Shown in pieces: positions 1-11,729 of a stretch of 22,820 bases of DNA (its first letter is position 1; every line of letters begins with the position of its first letter). The notes beneath the pieces are model-generated. The model made no database searches. It saw only the letters and a program-made list of their open reading frames with translations, and had not been told where the DNA came from. This stretch comes from Geosiphon pyriformis uo1 (Eukaryota > Fungi > Glomeromycota): contig JAAOMT010000215.1 in the NCBI GenBank assembly GCA_016748015.1, positions 1 to 22,820 on the forward strand. The letters run 5' to 3'. The position numbers and the translations under genes are program-made.

Positions 1-1307
1 TATAAAAAATATTAAAACAATATTAGAATAAATTAAAAAATAATTAATATTATTATATAAAAGAAAATATTAAACAAATTATAACAGTTTTTTAAACAGA
101 TTAAAATAATTATCAAAAAAATCAAAATAGATTTAATTATATATTAATATAAAAATTATAAATATATTTACTAAGATTTATTTACTTAATAATATTATTA
201 TTATTAATCAAAAAACTTAAAAAAAATTGGTTAAAAAATTAATATAGAAAATAAAAAATAAAAATATTTATTATAATTTTACTAATAAATTTATTTTTAA
301 AACAAGTAAAATATTAAAAAATTAAAAATTAATTGTTAATTTATTTTTTAAATATAAATTACAAAAATAATAATTATTAAATAAAGTATAACCTATTAAT
401 AACAAAATTTTAAACATTATAAAAGCAAATATATTGTCAAAAAATTTTATATTATATTAAAATTTAAGATAAAAAATATTATCTTTATGATTAATACCAG
501 TTATTTTGATTATAAATAAAATAACAGTAATATTATACTAGATATTAATAAAAAAATTTGCCAAAATACAAGTAAAATAGCATTTTTTAATTATTAAACT
601 CACAATTATTTGATATTTACTTTGTTTAATTTTGTTATAAGATATTTTAATAATTATTTTTTATATTTTTATTCTTAAAATTAAAATTATAATAATTATT
701 ATTTCTGTTTTATTGAATTTTATAAATTAACCAATCAGTTAAAATTGATTATAGTTAGTAATTCTGAATTTTTTATTTAAATATTTTTTAATTTAAGTTT
801 TATTTATTAAAAAAAATATATTGTTTTCACAAAAAATTTTTACCATTTTGGCAAATTACAACTTATTTTTAAAAAATAGAAACTTTGTATTTTATTATCT
901 TTTTGCTTTTTCATTAAGAAATAAATAAAATAGTATAAATTCAAAAGAGTTAAATTTATATGGAAAACTTTTTGTTTGTCAAAGAAAAGCTTTTTCTGAA
1001 TAAAAAGTTATTCTTATTAAATCTATTAATTAAATTTTAAACTCAGAATTTCCGTTGGAGAAAGAACTTGCCAAATTCATTTGATTACTTTGTATGATTT
1101 TGTTGCAACACCCTCATAATAAATTTATAAATTGACTTCCAGTCAAAAGTTTAATGTAAAATTTTTTTTTACTATAACAGTAATATAATATAAAACAAGT
1201 TAAAATAAACTCGATAAATTGAAATTGAAAAATCGAATAAAAGAGACATAGTCTCCCCACTTTAATAGTCAAATTGAAGCAAGACTTATTGAAATTCAAA
1301 ATCTTGT

Positions 1308-1352
1308 TGATGCTGATGATGATGCTGATGATAGTGCTGATGCTAATGATGA
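1308..1352. repeat. Imperfect (GAT/GCT)n trinucleotide repeat downstream of the OSCA stop
   Basis: TGATGCTGATGATGATGCTGATGATAGTGCTGATGCTAATGATGA. Confidence 0.8.
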
Positions 1353-1547
1353 TATCGTTGTTGTACAATTACAATAATTGTGCTATTGATGTTATAAAAA
1401 ATAATAGTTCCCTGATAATTAACCCCCTCTCACAGTCATATTAGATTAAGACTCCCCGTTTGATCTTAAATTTCAGACCCCAGTTCACTTTACCCAAGTA
1501 ATAACTTTATAAAATCCCATCCTAGTTAACAAACTCGATTTACTTCA

Positions 1548-2909
1548 TTACTCTCGGTCTTCTGGGAAACCTCGCCCATCGACAATCACTTTTAAAGTAT
1601 TAGGATCAAGGGAAGCACCCGCAGTAGAGGCCAGCACTTCATCTTTCTGGCACGCTTCAACTTCGGCTTGAGCGATTCCAGCTTGATCTTGTGGTAACCA
1701 GATAATCGGTTGTTTGGCGAGGAATGCAGGATGAGTGAATGCATCTTGATCCAAATCTTCGGCAGGTGGTTGGGAGGAAAATTCGAGCGGCTGCTCGGCA
1801 GCTGGTTCATCCTTTTCAGCGATCAGACTTTCCCTTGACTCACTTTCCCCAACTAGTACCCGTTTCTTTCGATCCACTACACCGGCCAGATCCACGGGTA
1901 GGAATTCGACGGAGGGGTTGTGCTGAAATAGAGATCGAGTCGCGTTCATCAGGATGATTGTTAACACCAGTAGAACAATACTCACGACGCCTAAACAATG
2001 ATGAACGATTAGATATTAGACTTGTGAAAATAATCGGAATACCCTTTCAGATTAAAAGATTTAACAGATGTCAGTAGTACCTTGGAAAAATGCCTTTTTC
2101 AGAAACATCAAACCGGTCATCGTCAATTCGAAAATAAACAATCCTGTATAAATTTGGTACACGGCCTTTTTAAAAGGTAATCCACCAGTATCACCAGGTT
2201 GATCAAATACGTAGAGGAAGTTGTACATGTAGGCAATATAGTAGAGGATAAAATGAAAGGCGACAAATGGTAGGATCAATGGGGCAACCGTCGAATATAT
2301 AACACCGATACAAGCGATTAATGTATGAGGTGGGAATGCAGTTCCTAAAAATTACCAAGGAGATTGATTAAATGGGATTGCAAAATTGGGTGAAAACTTT
2401 GATATGATATGATTAGTTAATTACCCCAATCCATTGCCGACATTTTCTTCTCTAAAATCCAAATTTGTCGTGGGGTTTTTGCCACAAAAAGTTTAAGTAC
2501 GTAGTTTACGATTAATGGGCCCACTTGACATAATTCCAATGCGGCCTTGGAGAAAGTAAGCAAAACGTAGGTGATGAAGAAAGTTGCTGCTAACGGTAGG
2601 TTTTCTGTTTTATTTTGAGCGAGGAAGTGTGGCTTAAAATTTTATATGCGCATTATTTGAACGAATAAAATGCAATCTTTTGAATTAAGATACCTGCAAG
2701 GATATCAAGAGCTTTGGAAGGAGCTTTTCGTAAAATGAGGATAGAAATCAAAATTAGAAAATTAAATAAACCCCTAATCAATTGGATGTTTAGGAAAATG
2801 ACTAGAATGGTCAAAAACCTACTACGAGTAAGTTCAGCGATGGCGGAGAAAATTCCATTGGCAAAAGTAGTGACCAGAAGAACATTTACCACCTTTATAA
2901 TTCGATTAA

Positions 2910-2962
<53 letters not shown>

Positions 2963-5053
2963 GATTATGTTGACCGAACGCTTCAAATATATTTTGATGG
3001 AAAAATAATTCTTACCAGAAAGAAGAAATATTTATTCATTACACTAATAGCAACATGGCTGTAGCTAACAATTCCTATGATTCAATAATGTAAATTGTAA
3101 TGCTCAGGTTAATCTATGCACAAACCAAAGATATCATAGGCGTTGTATATAAGAGGATAACTAAATTGAAATTCTCTCACCTTCAAACTTTGATAAAACT
3201 TTTGATATTTGAAAATAGAAAGGTTAGAGTAAAGTTCAAGAGATTTCGTTTAATATTGAAATAAATGATCTCTAATACATACATCTTAGGAATATGGGCA
3301 ACACCATCACTAAAACAGCCAGTGCGATAGCAGGTAACACACCCTAAGAAATGGAGACAAAAATAGCGATCAGAATTTGATGATTAAACCAAATTTTTCC
3401 TTACAAGTGAAGGTCAGATTAGTTAATTTTGAGAAATTCTCATATTTATTATCTGTTCCACTAACCTGAATTATTCCTACAATAACTTTTGGCAACGCAT
3501 CTACGATTGTTTTCACGAAACTGTGAAAACCGGAAAACCAATCAAAATTCATTACTTTTGGCTGATACGGGGAGGGGGAAGAGGGAGAGGGAGAGGGAGA
3601 GGGAGGGGGGGGACGTAGATAAGTAAGAAAGATATTGGTCATTTCTTACCCAATTTTTTCCTTCAAATTGTCCAACTTTGATATCGTGGCGACAAAGGTG
3701 ACTGATCAAAGAGAAACTAGATCAATAAATGGCCAAAACCTATAAATGTTGAATGTTGGTATCAGACAAACGTACCAGGTATGGCCCAAAGCAAGATTAA
3801 AGCAGACACCGTAGCGAAACTGATAGTCTTTCGTATCATCCGCTCAAGGAGCTTCCTATTCAAATTTTCCCAAATCACATCATTTGGGGCTACTTCAATG
3901 GTATGTGGAATCGTGACTGTGCTAGCTAATTGAGCGCTAGTTTGAGTCGTGAATTGAATGAAAGCAGATCTCATCGGTTTCCGTTTGTTCAGATCTTGTT
4001 GATCTTTAGAAATTATTTGGTTGAGTTTGTGAATGCCGAGGCGGTAAGCTTCCAGCGAATCTACCTTTCGACCCATCAGTGGAATAGGAGAGTCTCGATG
4101 TTGTAAACGGAAATTTTTGGGGACCTGACCATTTTTCTCGAGATCCGAACCATTTTTCTTTATGTGTTTGGCGTAGTTTATTATCAAATTTGTAGCAGCA
4201 CCTTCAAATTTATTCACTAGTTGTTCTCGCTCATGGTTGAGTTTGGGAAGATGTTTGGGGTCGCTGGGAAAAAAATGGATATATCAAAGAATGGTTTGGA
4301 AAAAATGAGATTAATAATTCTTTGGTGTAAAATGCCTACCTGTTCAGCCAAATTTTTTTCACTTTGCCAAATATACTAAATAAATTTTTTAAAGCTTCCT
4401 CATCATACAATTCGTAAGGTATTCCCATCACTAGAACAGTAGTAGCTTTTGCGGATTTACGATTTTGAGGACGCGTGAAATATTCTTGTCGCAGTCGAAT
4501 GAATTCTTTATGTTCTTTGTATAATAAGTAGACAGTGGCAGCTACAATAAATAGAGAGTCGAGTTAGAAAAGGTTTTAGGGTGATGGACAAGCAATCAGG
4601 GAAATCAGAAATTTAGACTTTTTTTAACTCATTCATTCATTCATTCATTAAGTCACTCATTTACTCACTCATTTACTTACTCACTCACTCACTCCACTCA
4701 CTCACTCCACTCATTCACTCACTCACTCCACTCATTCACTCATTCACTCATTCACTTACCAACAAATATGTAAGCCAGACCCACATGAGCCCAGAGACGT
4801 TGTTTATCGACCACGTTACCTATGGTCCATTTATCAATACCATTCAAAGTGCCTTGATTGATGGCGTTTATTGGTAACAAAATGCCACAACCGAGAATGG
4901 TGAAAAAGGTGAATAATTTGGCGAATTGTCGAAAGAATCGAAGAAACATGTAGGCATCCAGACCCGAATGAGCAATTATATCATCATCAGTTGTTTGTAA
5001 AACATTTAGCCATCCTAGTAAAGAAGTTGGTGGTCTTGGAGATCTCTTGCTGC

Positions 5054-5136
<83 letters not shown>

Positions 5137-5474
5137 TGAATCAAGTAAAGATTTGATAAATTAATTTCCAAACAAAACCCAATGTTGCGAAAAAACATTA
5201 GGTGTTGTTGTTGTTGTTATAAAAAAAAGAATGTGGGGGGGGGGGGGGTTGTCCTAACTCTTTTATAAGGTTATTTTACCTACCTCTCCGAAACCAAGTA
5301 AGTCTTTGGTTCATAAACTTTACGATTCCACCTGCGTACAAAACAAAAGACGACGAGGAGACCCAAAGTAAGAGCACCGTTAAACACAATAGCCGTAACT
5401 AGAGTTGTAGTTGCGGAGTCCGCTTGAAGCTGTTGTTTAGCTGATTCGCTCAACTTTTCTTCTGTATTGTTCAT
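1548..5474 (-). CDS. OSCA/TMEM63 (CSC1/RSN1/PHM7-family) calcium-permeable stress-gated cation channel, 14 exons, ~800 aa
   Basis: Spliced exons: 5474-5284, 5049-4760, 4541-4340, 4263-3776, 3701-3650, 3520-3466, 3343-3283, 3198-3181, 3074-3016, 2892-2823, 2723-2694, 2604-2425, 2344-2081, 1990-1548. Total 2403 nt, frame intact, all GT-AG. Family motifs: VYEPK, GLDAYMFLRF, ILLPIN, SAFIQF, APNDVIWENL, LWAIPVTFV, ATFFITY, IYSTVAPLILPF, DTGGL, C-terminal AFTHPA...IWLPQDQAGIA. Confidence 0.93.
2914..2959. repeat. (GA)23 microsatellite in OSCA intron 9
   Basis: Perfect dinucleotide run; reads (TC)n on the transcribed strand. Confidence 0.97.
3569..3612 (+). repeat. Polypurine (GGGAGA)n / G-run tract in OSCA intron 5
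   Basis: GGGGAGGGGGAAGAGGGAGAGGGAGAGGGAGAGGGAGGGGGGGG. Confidence 0.9.
4627..4759. repeat. Imperfect (ACTC/ATTC)n tetranucleotide array in OSCA intron 2
   Basis: Reads (GAGT/GAAT)n on the minus strand, starting right at the 5' splice site. Confidence 0.93.
5059..5132. repeat. (GA)37 microsatellite in OSCA intron 1
   Basis: Perfect dinucleotide run ending ~8 nt before the 3' splice site on the minus strand. Confidence 0.97.
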
Positions 5475-6466
5475 AGTATAATACTTTCTTAATTTATAAT
5501 TTGGGGTTGGTAAAAATTTTGAAAAGGAGATAAAATAAATTCTATTAAAAAAAAAATTAGAAAAAATTCGCGGAATTACCGTCTAGTTTATAAAAGATTA
5601 TTGGATAATAGGAAGAGAGAGTCTGTTAAAGTTGAAAATAATTATCTTTTAACAGTTTGTAAATATTTTTGCAAAAGATTGTTCCAAAGACGAGAAGGTG
5701 AAACGATAATCAATGGATAAGCAAGCTTCGAGTTACTGTTTAACATCCTTGTTGTTACACTTTTTATTTTAACTAGAAAAGATTTTTTCTTTTATTACTT
5801 TATAAAGTAAAGTATTAAAATTTGTTAATTTGTTATTTGTGTGTAATATATATCTCCACAAAAAGAGAGAGATTTTAATATTTCATTAGGATTCCTTTTG
5901 AACTTGAATTTAATTTAAAAATTGCAAAGCTCGGACAATTTAACGATCAGATCTGTAACCTTTTTTTTTAACGTAGTGTAAACTTTAAAGAAAAAGTTTT
6001 TGTATTACACGAGAAATTGAAATAAAAAATAAAAAATAAAAAATAAAAAAAATTCTCGGGAATAATTACCTCATAATGCTTTATATCCTATACAATGTAT
6101 CCTAAAAGGCGGTGGAGGCTAAATTTGTGTAATTGAATTTACCGAAAAAGGTAAAAAAAAAGATTCTAAAAAATTCAGCAAATAACCGAAATTCAATATT
6201 TATAATGATTACATAATTATTTTTCAAAGTATTGAATCGATCGGCCAAAAAAAAATATCTCCGATTTTTTTATTTTTAATAAGAATGGAAAATTTGGGGG
6301 GAGAGAGGGAGGGGGAATTTTATATATTTATGTATAAAAATTTATTTATTTATTTATTTAAAGGTTTTTGAAATGAAAAAACAAATGAATTTATTTTTGA
6401 GAATAAGAATAATTTAATTATAATCATTTATTTTGTATATTTTTTATATATATTATCAACAATAAA

Positions 6467-6524
6467 TGATGATACTGACAATAATAATTGATAATACTGA
6501 TAATAATAATAATTGATAATACTG

Positions 6525-6583
<59 letters not shown>

Positions 6584-6650
6584 TGATAATACTGATAATA
6601 ATAATAATCATAATAATAATAATAATAATAATTGATAATACTGACAACAA
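6467..6650. repeat. Compound (AAT)n microsatellite with a recurring TTGATAATACTGA spacer
   Basis: About five copies of the spacer separated by variable-length AAT runs. This explains the spurious poly-Y/L/I ORFs in the track. Confidence 0.95.
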
Positions 6651-7484
6651 CTTTTGAACCCTTCTCTAAATTAGTCAAAGAATTGAGAATTACTAGAAAA
6701 TTCTTTTTGAAACTTGATGTTTTTTAACAGACGGTTTAACAAAGATTTTCGAGATTTTCAAAAATTTATTAAAAAAATTTATTAAAAAAAAAATATATAT
6801 AAAAACGTGATCAATTCAAATAATTGATCTTTAATTAATTAATTAATTGTGATTATATATAAATATTTCATATACATTAATTATTTAACCTTTATTTTGA
6901 ATCTTTTAAAAAACAATTTCATATCATAATTTTTATTTAATTATTATTACAAAAATAAAGTTTTATTATTATTATAATTTTACATTTAAAAAATAAAAAA
7001 TAAAAAATAAAAAATAAAAAAACAATTTACTAAATTCCTTGTTGTTTAATCTTAATTATGTGTATTGGATATTTACTTAAAATTGCTTTTATATAAACAG
7101 ATTTATAAATTTAATTTCATAATTTTTTGTTAATTTAATAATTTTGTATGTTTTGAACTTATTATTATTAAAAAATTAATCCAATTTAAATAGACATAAA
7201 ATTAATTTTATATATATATAAAATATAAAACAAACAAGTAATATTCATATTATAATATATAATTTAATAAACTACTTGTTTTATCATTATTTTTCATATT
7301 TTTATTTCTATTCATTTTTGAATATGAATAAAAGCCAAAATTTTTCTTTTCGATAAATTATTGAATCTACCATATTTACTATCTCTGTTTTTTAACGTCA
7401 CGCTCATGTGATTTGAATAGTGGATCATACAATCAGTTTTATAAAGTTTAATTTTTTTTGCTTGAATCTTTTACACCTACAAGA

Positions 7485-8807
7485 ATGGCAGACGGAAAAC
7501 CTGAGGATTTTACTTCTATAGTCGACTTACAAATTCCCGAAACAGAGGCTTTGGCCGAGGTTCCCTATCTCTAAAAATATTTAATTTATTAACTTTACTA
7601 GTAATTAATAATAATTAATCAAGTGATTTATATTTGGACCATTAGCAAGGGCGTCTGAAACAAGCCTTAGAACAACTTTTAGTACTTGAGAAGCAGACAC
7701 GTCAGGTCACTTTACAATTTATCTGAAAAATTTGTATTATAATACTTGAGAGTATACTTATAATAATAAAAACTTTATCGCTATTTTATTATTATTCTAG
7801 GCGGGAGACTTAACTTCTACCACCAGAGTACTCAGTCATATCGTAAAATTATGTCATAATGCTGGGGATTGGAAATTGTTGAATGAATACGTGATCCTTC
7901 TCTCCAAAAAGCATGGCCAGATAAAACAAGTCAGATATATTATTGAGTTTCTGATCTCTAGCTGCATTATCAATGGCCTTAAATATTAAAATCACTGGGA
8001 TCTTATGTAGGCTATTACAAAAATGGTTCAAGAGACCATGACATACCTTGATCATACACCGGACTTGAAGACAAAACTAGATTTAATTGATACATTGAGA
8101 ACAGTGACCGAAGGAAAGGTATTAATTATTTCTTATCAATTACTCTAAAATTTTTTATCCCAAGGCTTATTTGTATTTCTCCACGAATTAGATCTATGTC
8201 GAGGTTGAACGCGCTCGTTTAACGCGTATGTTGTCAAAAATCCGAGAGGATGAAGGAAAAATCAATGAGGCCGCAGATATCTTGCAAGAACTACAGGTAT
8301 CTACAAATTAGTCCCCAAATTTCGATACCAATTTTTATTCAAATTTCATTGATTATTTTGTCATATTATTATATATTATAGGTTGAAACTTTTGGTTCGA
8401 TGGAGAAGCGAGAAAAAACTGATTTCATTTTAGAACAGATGCGTCTTACCCTGGCGAAAAATGATTATACAAGAACTCAAATTATCAGCAGAAAAATTAA
8501 CACTAAATTTTTCTCTGATTCGGACCAACAGGTATTTATGTCTATCATTATATCCAATTCGATGAATTTTACTATAGTTATATATATATATATTGGGAGT
8601 AAAATTCAAGATATAATCTATTTTATTTTTTTAATAGGATCTCAAACTTCGCTATTATGAATTAATGATTCAACACGCCTTGCATGAAGAACAATACTTG
8701 AACGTTTGCAAATATTATCGCCATGTGTATGATACTCCTTCTATAAAAGAGGTTGAAGCTAAATGGAGAGATGTAGGTTGTGGTAGTAGTATTATAAATA
8801 TGACCTA

Positions 8808-8852
<45 letters not shown>

Positions 8853-9767
8853 CATCTAATCTGATCTTGAATCAATAAAATTTTCTTTTACATAATCAAA
8901 TTTTAATTCCTCTACTCCTTTATAGGTTCTTCAGAACGTCATCTACTTCATTGTTCTCTCACCATACGACAATGAACAACATGATTTGCTAAATCATATT
9001 TTTGAAGATCCTAATCTCATCAAATTACCATTACATTAGTAAGTAAAAAGGTTTCTTATCATCTTCACCTTTTGATTCATTCAAATTTTTATTTTATTTT
9101 ACCCCAATTGAACCACCATTTCCTTTTAATAGTGAACTCGCTAAATGTTTCATAACACCCGAATTGATGCGATGGCCTCGTATTCAAGAATTATATGGGA
9201 CAGCCTTGAGACAAACTCCAGTATTTACGGCTAACGATGAGGCTGGCGAGAAACGTTGGCAAGAGTTGCATAAACGTGTAATTGAACACGTAAGTAATTA
9301 TTAAGGAGAGTTTTGTATTTTGAAAATTTCATTTCTCAATTCGAAATTCTATCAATAGAATATTCGGGTAGTTGCCAAATATTACACACGTGTACGCACC
9401 AAAAGATTGACCGAATTACTTGACCTTAATCATCAGGTAAAAATATATATATATATATACATATATACATAATTTTCTTTATTTATTTCGATTTCATATC
9501 AAATTGATTATGAAAATATTTCTATTGGATTCCAATATTTTTAATTAGGATACCGAAGATTTTCTATCAAAACTTGTAGTCTCCAAAACTATTTATGCAA
9601 AGATAGATCGACCTGCCGGAATTGTGTCTTTTGCAGCACCAAAAGATGCGAACCAAGTTTTGAATGATTGGTCCAATAATATTAATTCTTTATTGGGACT
9701 CATTGAAAAAACATGCCATCTTATTAATAAGGAAGAAATGTTGCATAGTATTGCTAGGGTTAAATGA
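7485..9767 (+). CDS. RPN5: 26S proteasome lid subunit Rpn5/PSMD12 (PCI domain), 11 exons, ~442 aa
   Basis: Exons 7485-7559, 7646-7705, 7801-7929, 8011-8118, 8192-8296, 8382-8531, 8638-8772, 8926-9038, 9133-9289, 9359-9436, 9549-9767. Motifs: [97 protein letters not shown]. Confidence 0.97.
8810..8852. repeat. T43 homopolymer in RPN5 intron 7
   Basis: Uninterrupted T run. Confidence 0.95.
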
Positions 9768-10010
9768 AAATGTTTGAAATTTTTATGAGTAAACTTGGAA
9801 AATACTTTTTAATACATTAGATCAATACCCTAGGAAAATTCTCATTTACCAGTTGTATTGTACAAAAGAAAATTCAAAGTTATTTAACATAGAAAAAATT
9901 AGTAATTACAAAATTACACTTGAATTGATTATTCATTTTTGATGAATTGATGTCTTCCATCCTCTCCTCTCTCCATTTACCACTAAAAAATTCTTTGGTC
10001 TGACATTATT

Positions 10011-10476
10011 CTAATAATAAGTAAAAGTATAATCAGCGAATTGCGCTACAATTTGTGATAATTGCTCGGGCAGAACAAAGATCATGGTATAAATCAGTAG
10101 AGTGAGGCCGACGATAAGTAATGAGTCTTTGTTGAGAAATTTTTATTTGAGGAAAGTCGCGAATGACCATCAGACAGAATCAATGGTTATGTATTTTATT
10201 TGATGGGTGGTGTTTTTTGTAGAAATTGGTTCATTTTAAAATCATGTAAAAAGTAATTTTGGATAATAATGAAAATTATTTAGAAAATCTTTATAATTTA
10301 TTTTTCTTTGGGAAACTAAAGAAAAACTTTTGAATACATAAGAATTTTATAAAAAATCAAAATTTTCACTTACTGAACAATGCCTTTTCCCACGGCTCTA
10401 ACATGTACAACCCGACAGTCACCTCGTATTGATAATTTTTGAGACGAGCGTAATTGTATATTGACTGTAGAAACAT
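10011..10476 (-). CDS. Serine palmitoyltransferase small regulatory subunit (ssSPT/SPTSSA/Tsc3-like), 2 exons, 72 aa
   Basis: Exon 1 is 10476-10374, followed by a GTAAGT...AAG intron (10373-10127) and exon 2 at 10126-10011. Translation: MFLQSIYNYARLKNYQYEVTVGLYMLEPWEKALFNSLLIVGLTLLIYTMIFVLPEQLSQIVAQFADYTFTYY*. The YQYxxxxxLYMLEPWExxxFNS signature plus one TM segment ending in LP is diagnostic of ssSPT proteins. Confidence 0.92.
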
Positions 10477-10655
10477 GTTTTCCCAATAATAATAATAATA
10501 TTATTTTATAGTATATTTTTCTTTAAAAAATTTTTTTTATGTTAAATTTAAATGAAAGGAATTCGATGGCGAGAGAAGTTTTGAAATGAGAATATATATA
10601 TATTTTTTTTTTACGATGTATATATATTTTTTTTTACGATGTATATATTAAAAAA

Positions 10656-10675
10656 NNNNNNNNNNNNNNNNNNNN
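10656..10675. other. Assembly gap (20 N) inside a poly-A tract
   Basis: N run flanked by A homopolymers. Confidence 1.
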
Positions 10676-10706
<31 letters not shown>

Positions 10707-11046
10707 GGTGAGATTTTGATCTTGAAAAATAAATAAATAAATCATAATCATAATCAGGTGGCAAATGAAATGAAATGAAAAATTGTGCAACTTGAATTTT
10801 TTATTTTTTATTTTTATTATAAATACTTTCTTTTATAATTATATTTTCATTTTTTTGATGCTTAAACATACATACATATATACATACATATAATATGATT
10901 TAACTGCTATTTTAAATAATAATTTGAACTAAAAAATAAAAATATTATGTATAATTCAAAACTTGAAATTTTTATACTTAATAATCAAAAATTTATTTAA
11001 TAAGTTTAATAAGTTTTTATGCTATATATTAAAATAAAAAATTGTT

Positions 11047-11078
<32 letters not shown>

Positions 11079-11653
11079 CTGTTAAAATAAAATAAAAAAT
11101 TATTATTTTAAAAATATTTTTTTATAAAAAAAACAACAATTTTAAATTAAAATTTTTAAATTATTGAACTTAATTAATAATTTAACTAATTTGGTTTTAA
11201 ATTTAATAAAATAAATAATTTAAAAACTTTTTTTTAAGTAATAATAATAATAATAATAATAATCTATTTATTAATTTTATAAAGTTTGTAGTCTTTTAAA
11301 GCAAAAAAAAAAATTTAGAATTTAATCAAATAATTTTGTATATATAATAATTATAATAATTATAATATAAATTTATATAGTAAATAAAATAAATATTAAT
11401 AATTTATTTGTGAATTTAAATTTAAATTTTGTCTAAATAACAGATTATGTGTAAAAAGCAAATAAATTATATATATATATATTATTTTAAAACATAAAAT
11501 TAATTTAACTACAATTTCAGCATAATTTTTTCAAACAAAAGAAAAAATTTCTCTTCCAATTTATTTGATTGTTAGTATTCTCGAAATCTTTGAGCCTTTT
11601 ACTTTTTTTCCTCCTTTATACTCTGTTTTTTATCAATTTTATCTTCTTCCTGA

Positions 11654-11720
11654 AACCCTAAATTCGTAAATTCATCTTTAACCATTAGGCCCCTAAAATT
11701 ATTACACAAATTATATAAAT
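11654..11720 (+). promoter_or_regulatory. Putative promoter of the snoRNA host: Tbf1/telo-box-type AACCCTAA, second CCCTAA, TATA box
   Basis: AACCCTAA at 11654-11661, GCCCCTAA at 11689-11696 and TATATAAA at 11712-11719. The aRCCCTaa motif bound by Tbf1 marks snoRNA promoters in S. cerevisiae; its function in this lineage is inferred. Confidence 0.35.
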
Positions 11721-11729
11721 ACAAGATGT

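Noticed and set aside
2605-2693. U12-type (minor) intron suggested by donor GTATCTT (also GTATCT at 8297)
   Set aside because: The donors do not match GTATCCTT and there is no TCCTTAAC-like branch point at the expected distance. No AT-AC introns were needed in any gene model.
6467-6650. CRISPR-like repeat-spacer pattern
   Set aside because: The spacers are just AAT runs, the context is eukaryotic, and there are no cas genes.
6424-6678. Poly-Y/L/I ORFs (also 1114-1368 and 2714-2962)
   Set aside because: These are translations of microsatellites or AT-rich sequence.
10592-10650. Tandem duplication of ATATATATTTTTTTTTACGATGT
   Set aside because: It is adjacent to the assembly gap and homopolymers, so it is probably slippage or an assembly artefact.
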